Origin: Actinomycetota bacterium
GTDB lineage: Bacteria; Actinomycetota; Actinomycetes; Nanopelagicales; Nanopelagicaceae
Reading direction: 5' to 3'
Length of the DNA: 37,948 bases
NCBI GenBank assembly: GCA_039795555.1
Contig: JBDKLQ010000003.1
Location: 1-37,948 of the forward strand
Shown here in pieces: positions 7,110 to 14,424 of this stretch; within the stretch, counting starts at the first letter, position 1, and every line of letters begins with the position of its first letter. The position numbers and the translations under genes are program-made. The notes beneath the pieces are model-generated. The model saw only the letters and a list, made by a program, of their open reading frames with translations. It did no database searches and had not been told where the DNA came from.

Positions 7110-7979
7110 CCTGCTTATCTGGCCTTAGGCACAGTTTGGGGTTGTTCCTTTTTATTTATTAAAAATGGTTTGGAATTTTTAACGCCATTTGGTGTTGCCT
7201 TTGGTCGGTGTGGTCTCGGCGCGTTGACTTTGATTTTGATTGCCAAATTGCGCAAAATTAAATTATCGCGCGATCCCAAAATTTGGGGCCACTTGCTTGT
7301 GATTTCGCTCCTGCTAAATGTTTTTCCGGGATTTTTATATGCCTTTGCCGAAACCAAAGTAACTTCGATTCTGGCCGGAATCATTAATGCGGTAACGCCA
7401 CTGATGACCGTTTTGGCAACGTTATTAATTCATCGCGCGGAAAAACCGAAAGCGATTCAATTGTATGGATTGGCAATTGGATTTATCGGGGTAATGATTG
7501 TTATGGGCGTTTGGAATGGTTTTGGCACCAATCCGATTCTTTATGTCGGAGCATTGTTTTTGGGCGTAACTTGTTATGGCTTCTCGTTTCCGTATTCGCG
7601 TCGCTTTGTGATGCCCCATAAATTAGAACCAACTTCGATGGCGACTATGCAATTAATTTGTGCGGCGTTAGTTTTATTACCTACATTTTTAATAAACGGC
7701 ATCGCAAAATATGAATTTAACTTAGTGCCAGTTTTATCGATGTTGGCACTTGGAATATTTGGCAGCGGGATTGCCTATATTTGGAACTTTGAAATTATTG
7801 CCGCTGCTGGTTCGGCAATTGCTTCGAGCGTTACCTATCTGACTCCGGTAGTTGCGGTAATTGTGGGCGTGATTTTTTTGGGTGAAGGTGTTACTTGGTA
7901 TGAACCAGTTGGCGGCTTAGTGGTGCTACTTGGCGCTGCGATCGCGCAAGAACGAATCTTTAATCGGTCCCGGCTCTAA
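7092..7979 (+). CDS. EamA/DMT-superfamily permease
   Basis: 295 aa with about 10 TM helices in two similar halves. The Gly-rich termini of the halves are typical of the EamA duplication. Confidence 0.8.
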   Translation: MKTRWLPAYLALGTVWGCSFLFIKNGLEFLTPFGVAFGRCGLGALTLILIAKLRKIKLSRDPKIWGHLLVISLLLNVFPGFLYAFAETKVTSILAGIINAVTPLMTVLATLLIHRAEKPKAIQLYGLAIGFIGVMIVMGVWNGFGTNPILYVGALFLGVTCYGFSFPYSRRFVMPHKLEPTSMATMQLICAALVLLPTFLINGIAKYEFNLVPVLSMLALGIFGSGIAYIWNFEIIAAAGSAIASSVTYLTPVVAVIVGVIFLGEGVTWYEPVGGLVVLLGAAIAQERIFNRSRL

Positions 7980-9122
7980 CCCAGCTGCGGCGTGATTTAC
8001 GCTCTCACCGCGCGCTAATTGCGCTGCGTGGGCTTGGTTGTGCCAGCGTTCCTCGACTTTACCAAAGCGCCAAATCGCAATTGCAACGGCCCAAACAATT
8101 ACAAAGCCCGCCACGATGTAATAACCAACCGAATTTAAATCAAGGCTATTTGCGTAATCCCAAATCCCGCCAGTTAAATTTAATTGGCCGGAAATCACTT
8201 GCATGATTTCAAAGCCGCCGATAAATAGGGCAACCGCAACCGATAAACCAGTAATAACGATGTTGTAGTAAACCTTGCGGACGGGTTTGGAAAATGCCCA
8301 ACCGTATGCGAAGTTCATAAAAGAACCATCAATGGTGTCGAGCAGCGACATTCCGCCGGCGAAAAATAGTGGTAGCGAAAGAATTGCCCACCATGGCAAT
8401 CCAGCCACGACCGAAGTACCAGCTAAAACTAATAACCCAATTTCGGTCGCCGTATCAAAACCTAAACCAAATAAAATTCCGAGTGGATACATCTTCCAAG
8501 AAGAATCGATTCGACGAGCCAATGGACGGAAAAAACGCATAAAAAATCCGCGATTATTTAATTGCTCTTCCAGCTCTTCTTCGCTGTATGCACCTTGACG
8601 CATCCGAACAAATACGCCAACAATTGAAACTAAAACAAGTAAATTTAAAATTGCGATTAACATTAAAAATGTTCCGCTCACCGTCGTACCGATTAAACCG
8701 GTGTAATGGTGGAGCGAGGAATTCTCATCTTTTAATTGAGTACCCAAGGCTTTTATTCCAAAGTTCAACAAAATTGCCAGCACTGCCACAACTGATGAAT
8801 GGCCAAGTGAAAAGAAGAAACCAACGGCAAGTGGTCGTTTTCCTTCGGACATTAACTTTCGAGTGGTGTTATCGATGGCGCTAATGTGATCGGCATCGAA
8901 GGCATGGCGCATACCTAAGGTGTAAGCGAGCGCAGCAGTTCCCCAACCAAAAAAAGATCCATTAGAAAGTTTGTATTCGCCACTTCGAAGTGCAGCCCAC
9001 ATCAAAAGCGCTCCAGCTATATGTAGAAAGGCAATGAAGCCAAACATCGCAGCTAAGCGGCGCCATTCGTCACGGGTTAGCTGAATCCGCCCAGGTTGGT
9101 GGGGTTTTACCAGGGTATTCAA
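7926..9122 (-). CDS. NiCoT (HoxN/HupN/NixA) family nickel/cobalt permease
   Basis: Signature RHAFDADHISAIDNTTRK (H-x4-D-H) and FFFSLGHSSVV, with about 8 TM helices. TTG start at 9122 preceded by GGGAGG (reverse complement of 9127-9132). Confidence 0.9.
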   Translation of the reverse strand: MNTLVKPHQPGRIQLTRDEWRRLAAMFGFIAFLHIAGALLMWAALRSGEYKLSNGSFFGWGTAALAYTLGMRHAFDADHISAIDNTTRKLMSEGKRPLAVGFFFSLGHSSVVAVLAILLNFGIKALGTQLKDENSSLHHYTGLIGTTVSGTFLMLIAILNLLVLVSIVGVFVRMRQGAYSEEELEEQLNNRGFFMRFFRPLARRIDSSWKMYPLGILFGLGFDTATEIGLLVLAGTSVVAGLPWWAILSLPLFFAGGMSLLDTIDGSFMNFAYGWAFSKPVRKVYYNIVITGLSVAVALFIGGFEIMQVISGQLNLTGGIWDYANSLDLNSVGYYIVAGFVIVWAVAIAIWRFGKVEERWHNQAHAAQLARGESVNHAAAGLEPGPIKDSFLRDRSAK

Positions 9123-9138
9123 AGGGCCTCCCGGCTAG

Positions 9139-9155
9139 ATGCAAATCGTTTGCAA
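9139..9155. promoter_or_regulatory. Nur-box-like inverted repeat: TTGCAA-ACGAT-TTGCAT on the NiCoT strand
   Basis: One mismatch to the TTGCAA-N5-TTGCAA consensus I recall for the Streptomyces Fur-family nickel regulator Nur. It lies 17-33 nt upstream of the NiCoT start, in the divergent gap. Confidence 0.45.
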
Positions 9156-9234
9156 GAAGGATATCGGGCTTATTTCCATCTGTCTAACGCCCTTGGCGAG
9201 TACGCTTTCGGAAACGAATTCGAAAGGGAGTTCA

Positions 9235-9474
9235 ATGCTTCGTAAAGTTCTAGCCTTAATTGCTTCAACATCTTTAATTCTTTTGGGAACGCCAGCTGCA
9301 GAGGCAGCGACAAAATCTCCGGCGCCAAAATTTATTAAGAAGCCATCATCGAATATGAAAAATGGCGGCGAAGGTAGTGCAGAACACGAAGCAAGTGAGA
9401 GCGCTGAAAACGAAGGCGCCGAACATGGCATGGTTAAGAAAGTTTCTAAGAAAAAGAAGAAAGTAAAGAAGTAA
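9235..9474 (+). CDS. Small secreted protein (79 aa) with an acidic His/Glu core and a poly-Lys tail
   Basis: The internal ATG at 9235 is preceded by AAGGGAG. Signal peptide MLRKVLALIASTSLILLGTPAAEA-A. Core GEGSAEHEASESAENEGAEHG, tail KKVSKKKKKVKK. The track's longer start (9139) lacks a Shine-Dalgarno sequence and a signal-like N-terminus. Confidence 0.5.
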   Translation: MLRKVLALIASTSLILLGTPAAEAATKSPAPKFIKKPSSNMKNGGEGSAEHEASESAENEGAEHGMVKKVSKKKKKVKK

Positions 9475-9494
9475 ATCGAGCGTTATAACTTCTG

Positions 9495-10421
9495 ATGAGC
9501 GAAGAAGATAACGACGAGATCCTGACCGAAGAGATGCTCTGGGAGCGAATCCCAGAGGTCGAAGGTGAGGAACGTGCCAATACTTACTACGAGCTTAGCG
9601 CTCGAATTTATGCGCGCGGACAATATGACGAAGCGTTAGCGCTCGCCGAAACTGCGCGCGATATCTATTCAACTTTGGCGACTAATTCTTCGAAGGAAGG
9701 ATTAGCGCAAGCCTATTCGGCGATTGGTTACAACTTAAATCAATTAAAGCGAATGGATGAAGCGGCAACTGCAATGAGCGAAGCAGTTTCGATATTGCGT
9801 GGCAATAAATCACCAATTGCGCTGGAATTAGCCTGCACATTGGGCGAGTGGTATTACTCATCGCTCAATTATCAAAAAGTAATTGAGACTATGACTGAAT
9901 GCGTTCAAGAACATTTAGTCGATGGAAACGAACTGGGCGCCGCAAATGATTTACATTTAATTGGTTCCGCCCAACGCGAATTAGGTCAATACGAAATCGC
10001 AGTCGAAACTTTTTTTGAAGCCCGCCGGTTATATAAATCTTTGAAAGAAGTAATTTCCGTGGCCCGATGCGATCAGAAAATTGCCTCTTGTTTAGTTGAG
10101 CTCGGTGACGGCCAGGCGGCGCTAGATCGGGCGCGCAAAGCGATGGATGTCTTTGAAACCGCACATGATTCACGGCGATTGGTTTTTGCGCTTTTTGAAT
10201 ATGGCAAAGCCCAAGTTTTGCTTGGTGAATTTGACGAAGCGCTGGCGACTTTTGATCAGGTATTAACTGCCGCATCCGAGGACGAACCACGCGATTTTGA
10301 TTTCATCGTCAGCATCGAATCGCGAATTGCCTTGGTTTTAAAGCAGTTGGGGCGCAATGAAGAAGCCACTGAAATTGAACGCCGAATCTCATCGGTCTCA
10401 GAAATTTTGGGAGATGAATAA
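9495..10421 (+). CDS. Tetratricopeptide-repeat (TPR) protein
   Basis: 308 aa, all-helical, with repeated A-x3-Y/A-x-A-L-x2-A patterns (for example YDEALALAETARDIY and YEIAVETFFEARRLY). Confidence 0.7.
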   Translation: MSEEDNDEILTEEMLWERIPEVEGEERANTYYELSARIYARGQYDEALALAETARDIYSTLATNSSKEGLAQAYSAIGYNLNQLKRMDEAATAMSEAVSILRGNKSPIALELACTLGEWYYSSLNYQKVIETMTECVQEHLVDGNELGAANDLHLIGSAQRELGQYEIAVETFFEARRLYKSLKEVISVARCDQKIASCLVELGDGQAALDRARKAMDVFETAHDSRRLVFALFEYGKAQVLLGEFDEALATFDQVLTAASEDEPRDFDFIVSIESRIALVLKQLGRNEEATEIERRISSVSEILGDE

Positions 10422-10905
10422 TCTAAAACAACTCGAAGAGATCACGATAAATATGGTCTGTTTGGGAAATATCTGTCGTTCACCAATTGCTGCCGCAATT
10501 TTGCATAACCGAACCAAAGATTGGGTTAATCCAAAAATAATTGCAACAAGTTCGGGTACCGGCGCGTGGCACGTTGGCGAAGGACCACATCCGTCTTCAA
10601 AAAAGATTTGGGAACGAAATGGTTTTATTTACGATCATAAAGCTCGTCAATTTAGCAAAAATGATTTTTACAGTAGCGATTTAATTTTGACGATGGATAG
10701 CCACAATTATCAAAATGTCTTATCGCTTGCACCCAGCCCCGAAGAAGAGGCAAAAGTTTTTATGCTGCGTTCGTTTGATAAAAGCGCAGATCCAAATGAT
10801 TTAGATGTACCAGACCCTTATTCGCTGCCCGAACGTGCCTTTGAACAAGTTTTTGAAATGATTGACCGCGCAGTTACCGGTTTATTAGCCGAATTAGCGC
10901 GGTAG
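10414..10905 (+). CDS. Low-molecular-weight protein-tyrosine phosphatase
   Basis: P-loop VCLGNICRSP (C-x5-R-S) near the N-terminus and a DPY motif (VPDPY) near the C-terminus. The chosen start MNNLKQ overlaps the TPR stop by 8 nt. Confidence 0.85.
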   Translation: MNNLKQLEEITINMVCLGNICRSPIAAAILHNRTKDWVNPKIIATSSGTGAWHVGEGPHPSSKKIWERNGFIYDHKARQFSKNDFYSSDLILTMDSHNYQNVLSLAPSPEEEAKVFMLRSFDKSADPNDLDVPDPYSLPERAFEQVFEMIDRAVTGLLAELAR

Positions 10906-11529
10906 GTGCTGCAGCGCCCAGTGATACATCGCAATCGCACCAGCGGCTGATGCATTCATTGATCTAGTAGATCCATATTGGCGAATTGCTAATAAAACTT
11001 TGCAAACGGCAATTGCCTCATCGGACATACCTGCGCCTTCTTGGCCAAAGAGTAAGACGCATTTTTCGGGCATTTGATAACTTTCTAATTCGATTGAAGT
11101 CTCGACATTATCAATTCCAATAATTGGTAAATCATTATTAGCGCAATATTTAGCAAACTCTTCAATTGTTGCATGGTGAATAACGGTCAAATATTTATCT
11201 GTGACCATAGCGCCGCGGCGATTCCAATCGCGCTTGCCAACAATATGAACTGCATTCACATTAAATGCATTTGCCGTTCGAACAATCGAACCGATATTTA
11301 AATCATGTTGCCAATTTTCGATTGCAATCTCTAATTTGTGGCGCGATTTATTTAAATCGGCGACGATAGCTTCGACTTTCCAATAGCGATATTTATCGAG
11401 CACATTGCGCCGATCGCCATTCTCAAGAAGTTCTAAGTCGTATTGATCGCCAGTTGGCCACGGTTTTGTATGCGGTCCCACACCGACCACGGGGAAGAAC
11501 TCCCCTGGACCAATCTCCGCTTTCGGCAT
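10894..11529 (-). CDS. TrmH/SpoU-family RNA 2'-O-methyltransferase
   Basis: IGSIVRTANAF, LLFGQEGAGMS and STRSMNASAAGAIAMY match the three SpoU motifs. Confidence 0.85.
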   Translation of the reverse strand: MPKAEIGPGEFFPVVGVGPHTKPWPTGDQYDLELLENGDRRNVLDKYRYWKVEAIVADLNKSRHKLEIAIENWQHDLNIGSIVRTANAFNVNAVHIVGKRDWNRRGAMVTDKYLTVIHHATIEEFAKYCANNDLPIIGIDNVETSIELESYQMPEKCVLLFGQEGAGMSDEAIAVCKVLLAIRQYGSTRSMNASAAGAIAMYHWALQHLPR

Positions 11530-11568
11530 AATTGGAACCCTACCGATAATTAGTAAATTGGAGAAAAG

Positions 11569-11910
11569 ATGAACTTCGTCGCGGCAATCTTTTTAGGTAT
11601 TCACATTTTTAGCGTTCTTGGGATGCTAATCATTCTCCTGTTGCAAGCTAATAAACCGGAGAAGGAAATTAAGAATGGCTTTCTGCATGCCGCGTGGACT
11701 GCGCTATTGGCCGGAATCATTATGGTCAGCATTGATTACGAAGATATCAATATGGGCACCATCGGATTTAAATCAGTGGTCTTTGCCGTAATTATTGCGC
11801 TTGGCTACCACGCCAAAGGAAAAGGCAAAATCAAAAATAGCTCGTGGGTATTGATGATTGCCCTTATCGTGATAAATATTTTGGTTGCTTCATTTGCACT
11901 TGCCAAATAA
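11569..11910 (+). CDS. Small 4-TM membrane protein, function unknown
   Basis: 113-aa hydrophobic ORF with GGAGAAAAG upstream of the ATG. It ends 3 nt before dacB. Confidence 0.5.
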   Translation: MNFVAAIFLGIHIFSVLGMLIILLLQANKPEKEIKNGFLHAAWTALLAGIIMVSIDYEDINMGTIGFKSVVFAVIIALGYHAKGKGKIKNSSWVLMIALIVINILVASFALAK

Positions 11911-11913
11911 TTA

Positions 11914-13026
11914 ATGAAAATTAAAACACTTGCGCTGACTGCGCTAATTTCAATCGCTTCTGCGACACCGGCTAGTGCTGCGTTGCCACTTAGCGAAATC
12001 CCAGCAGTGATGTCTGAGATGACTGATTCGCCGCGGTTAAATAATCCAGCAATTGTTTTGATGGATCAAAACAGCGGCAAAGTAATTTATCAACGCAGCG
12101 CTGATTCGATGCGCAAACCAGCCAGCACCTTGAAATTACTGAGCGCTGTTGCGGTAATTGATTATTTAGGGGCGGCTAAAACTTTCCACACTAGTTTGTA
12201 TAAAAGTGATCGAAAGAATGAAGTGGTCTTAATTGGCGAATCTGATCCGTGGATTGCCCTGACCGATAAAGAAGCAAAAGATTATGGACGAGTCTCGCGA
12301 GTTCAAGTTGCAAATGCGATTAAACAAAATACTTCAGCACGAACTATCACCATTCGCTACTCCGGGATGTATTCAACTGATTTAACTAATTTACGAATTC
12401 AATTAAATCGCATGGGAAAACGGGTAAATATCGTTAAAACAACCGAAAGCGAAGCGCTCCTTCGCGCCGGTACCGAAATTGCAACTTATACCTCACCAAA
12501 TGTTCAAAAGATGTTGGAGTGGACTTTGCTGTGGAGCGATAACAAATTAGCGGAAAGATTGGCGCGCAAAGCGGCGATTCGCGCCGGTCATACGCCAGAC
12601 CCAATTGGAATCAATGAAGTTTTTGATGAAGAGTTAACTAAATTTGGAATTAAAACTGACCGGGTCAATTTTGTTGACGGTAGCGGTTTAGATTATGAAA
12701 ATAAATTAACGGCAGATGTTTTGGCGCAACTACTTTTTAAAATTGGTCGCGATCCGCACTATGCGCCAATTTTGGCTGGGCTACCAATTGGCGGTGTATC
12801 CGGAACAATGCAAGAGCGTTTCTGGAAATCGGCGCCAAATGCAGTTGGTCTAGTTAAAGCAAAAACTGGTTCACTACTTGGCACCGTTTCAATGGCGGGA
12901 TATGTTGAATCACCAGAGCATAAATACATTTTTGTTGCGATCGCGGATCAGATTCCAAGGTCAGAGCGCGCAGCTAAATTAGCGCGAAGTACCTTAGATA
13001 AAATTCTGGCAAAACTTGTTGTTTGA
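11914..13026 (+). CDS. dacB: D-alanyl-D-alanine carboxypeptidase/endopeptidase (PBP4 / peptidase S13-like), compact form
   Basis: Signal peptide ending ASA-A. Contains STLK (SxxK), WSDN (SxN) and KTGS (KTG) in the correct order. At 370 aa it is shorter than typical PBP4. Confidence 0.8.
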   Translation: MKIKTLALTALISIASATPASAALPLSEIPAVMSEMTDSPRLNNPAIVLMDQNSGKVIYQRSADSMRKPASTLKLLSAVAVIDYLGAAKTFHTSLYKSDRKNEVVLIGESDPWIALTDKEAKDYGRVSRVQVANAIKQNTSARTITIRYSGMYSTDLTNLRIQLNRMGKRVNIVKTTESEALLRAGTEIATYTSPNVQKMLEWTLLWSDNKLAERLARKAAIRAGHTPDPIGINEVFDEELTKFGIKTDRVNFVDGSGLDYENKLTADVLAQLLFKIGRDPHYAPILAGLPIGGVSGTMQERFWKSAPNAVGLVKAKTGSLLGTVSMAGYVESPEHKYIFVAIADQIPRSERAAKLARSTLDKILAKLVV

Positions 13027-13033
13027 TTAAGAC

Positions 13034-13459
13034 TTAGTCGTCTTCCCATTCGCCTTCGCCGCCACCGCGATGTTCGCGACCTTCATGTTCGCGACCTTCA
13101 TACTCGCCAAACTCGTCATCGCCACCGCCACCAGTTGGTGGATTGGCAATTGCTGGTTTCTTAACAAAATTTGAAGTTTGAGTTGGCTTAGCTTGAACTG
13201 GCGTGACAGTCGCATTAGAAGAAGCAGCTGGCTCCGAATTTGAGGTTTGGCTAGCAACAACTTTTACTGGCGCTGGAGTTTGCGAAACCGCATCAGCTGG
13301 GCCAGATTCACCAGTCTGAGCAACTATTACGCCGCCAGCAACAATAACTAGTGGGGCAGTAAGCGCGACAATCTTTATAAATCGCTTACGACGATTTGGT
13401 TGGTTATGAGCCTCGCCGTCAGTTAATTGAAACCATTCAGGTTTCTTTGGTGGAACCAT
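13034..13459 (-). CDS. Membrane-anchored low-complexity protein (Pro/Thr/Ser-rich linker, acidic Gly/Glu/His tail)
   Basis: 141 aa with an N-terminal anchor FIKIVALTAPLVIVAGGVIVA. The tail is GGGGDDEFGEYEGREHEGREHRGGGEGEWEDD. Confidence 0.5.
   Translation of the reverse strand: MVPPKKPEWFQLTDGEAHNQPNRRKRFIKIVALTAPLVIVAGGVIVAQTGESGPADAVSQTPAPVKVVASQTSNSEPAASSNATVTPVQAKPTQTSNFVKKPAIANPPTGGGGDDEFGEYEGREHEGREHRGGGEGEWEDD
13071..13100. repeat. Perfect 15-bp tandem duplication (TGTTCGCGACCTTCA x2), in frame within the 141-aa ORF (encodes EGREH-EGREH)
   Basis: Read directly: 13071-13085 is identical to 13086-13100. Confidence 0.9.
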
Positions 13460-13501
13460 TTTGCGCCTACTTTCCGAACTTGCCTGCCTTGAATGACTGA
13501 A

Positions 13502-13519
13502 AAGTAACCAGGGTTACTT
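13502..13519. promoter_or_regulatory. Perfect palindrome AAGTAACC-AG-GGTTACTT in the divergent gap upstream of ctaB
   Basis: Read directly. 8-bp arms with a 2-nt spacer, 48 nt upstream of the ctaB GTG start. Confidence 0.3.
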
Positions 13520-13566
13520 AAAGTCACCTGTGAGGCGCAGCAGTTTCCGCTTAGTAATCTTGGTCG

Positions 13567-14424
13567 GTGCGCGCATACCTGGATTTAATGAAGCTTCGCG
13601 TGGTCGAACTCCTTCTAGTTTCGACAGTTCCCGCACTTTTCTTAGCTGCGGATGGCTGGCCACCATTAATTCCATCGCTGGCATCCATCTTTGGCGGCAC
13701 GCTAGCTGCCGGCGCTGCAAATGCATTCAACATGGTGATTGAAAGCGAATCCGATGCGCTGATGGGTCGCACTAAAGGTCGCCCACTTGTAGTTGGCGAA
13801 TTAACTAGAGCGCAAGCAAATCGTTTTGCAACTTTAATAATGATTTTTTCATTATTAATTTTCTGGTTTTATACAACGCCACTTGCCACCTTGCTTACCT
13901 CTTTCGCAATTGTTTTTTATGTAGTTATTTATACCGTGACCCTTAAGAAGCGCACCGATCAAAATATTGTTTGGGGTGGCATTGCCGGATGTATGCCAGC
14001 GCTAATTGGCTGGGCTGCGGTAACTAATTCGCTAGATCTTTCGGCTTGGCTATTTTTCTTGGTTATTTTCTTTTGGACCCCACCTCATTTTTGGGCGATT
14101 GCCATTAAATATCGCGAAGATTATGCCGCGGCAAAGATTCCAATGTTGCCAGTCGTGGCATCCCATAAACGATTAAAAATTGAGATGTGGTTTCACACCA
14201 TCTCGATGATTGTAGTTTCGGTTATTTTGATTTTAGTTGAAAATATGCCGCAGTGGACGTTGTTAATTACCATTGTTTTGGCGATTGTATTTTCTCAGCA
14301 ATTGCTTGGTTTAAAAGAGGGCGGCGAAGATCAAGATAAAGTCGCTAGCCGAATTTTTAACTACTCTATTACCTATTTGACGCTGTATTCGTTGTTATTG
14401 GTAGTTGGGGTCTTACTTCGATAA
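13567..14424 (+). CDS. ctaB: Protohaem IX farnesyltransferase (haem O synthase)
   Basis: UbiA-family polytopic protein. YLDLMKLRVVELLLVST at the N-terminus, NMVIESESDALMGRTKGRP (NxxxDxxxD-like prenyl-diphosphate motif) and WTPPHFWA. GTG start. Confidence 0.9.
   Translation: MRAYLDLMKLRVVELLLVSTVPALFLAADGWPPLIPSLASIFGGTLAAGAANAFNMVIESESDALMGRTKGRPLVVGELTRAQANRFATLIMIFSLLIFWFYTTPLATLLTSFAIVFYVVIYTVTLKKRTDQNIVWGGIAGCMPALIGWAAVTNSLDLSAWLFFLVIFFWTPPHFWAIAIKYREDYAAAKIPMLPVVASHKRLKIEMWFHTISMIVVSVILILVENMPQWTLLITIVLAIVFSQQLLGLKEGGEDQDKVASRIFNYSITYLTLYSLLLVVGVLLR

Noticed and set aside
9139-9234. The longer 111-aa version of the small secreted protein, starting at 9139.
   Set aside because: Its first 32 residues (MQIVCKKDIGLISICLTPL…) precede a textbook signal peptide. 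Its ATG lies inside the Nur-like palindrome with no Shine-Dalgarno, whereas the internal ATG at 9235 has AAGGGAG upstream.
9123-9234. Possible cobalamin or NiCo riboswitch upstream of the NiCoT permease.
   Set aside because: Only about 112 nt are available, shared with a divergent gene. I could not find a B12-box-like element or the multi-helix pairing such riboswitches need.
13029-13044. Short hairpin AAGAC-TTAGTC-GTCTT between dacB and the convergent gene, as a possible bidirectional terminator.
   Set aside because: The stem is only 5 bp, which is too weak to call.
13027-13260. 77-aa ORF overlapping the 141-aa anchored protein in another frame.
   Set aside because: It is a Leu/Gln/Lys-rich shadow of the low-complexity region. 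The 13034-13459 frame has a credible membrane anchor and start.
13502-13519. A shared motif between the palindromes at 13502 and 37460, which both have outer arms AAGTAA…TTACTT.
   Set aside because: There are only two instances with different spacing (6 versus 4 nt between the hexamers). The hexamers are AT-rich and also occur inside genes, so this is most likely coincidence.
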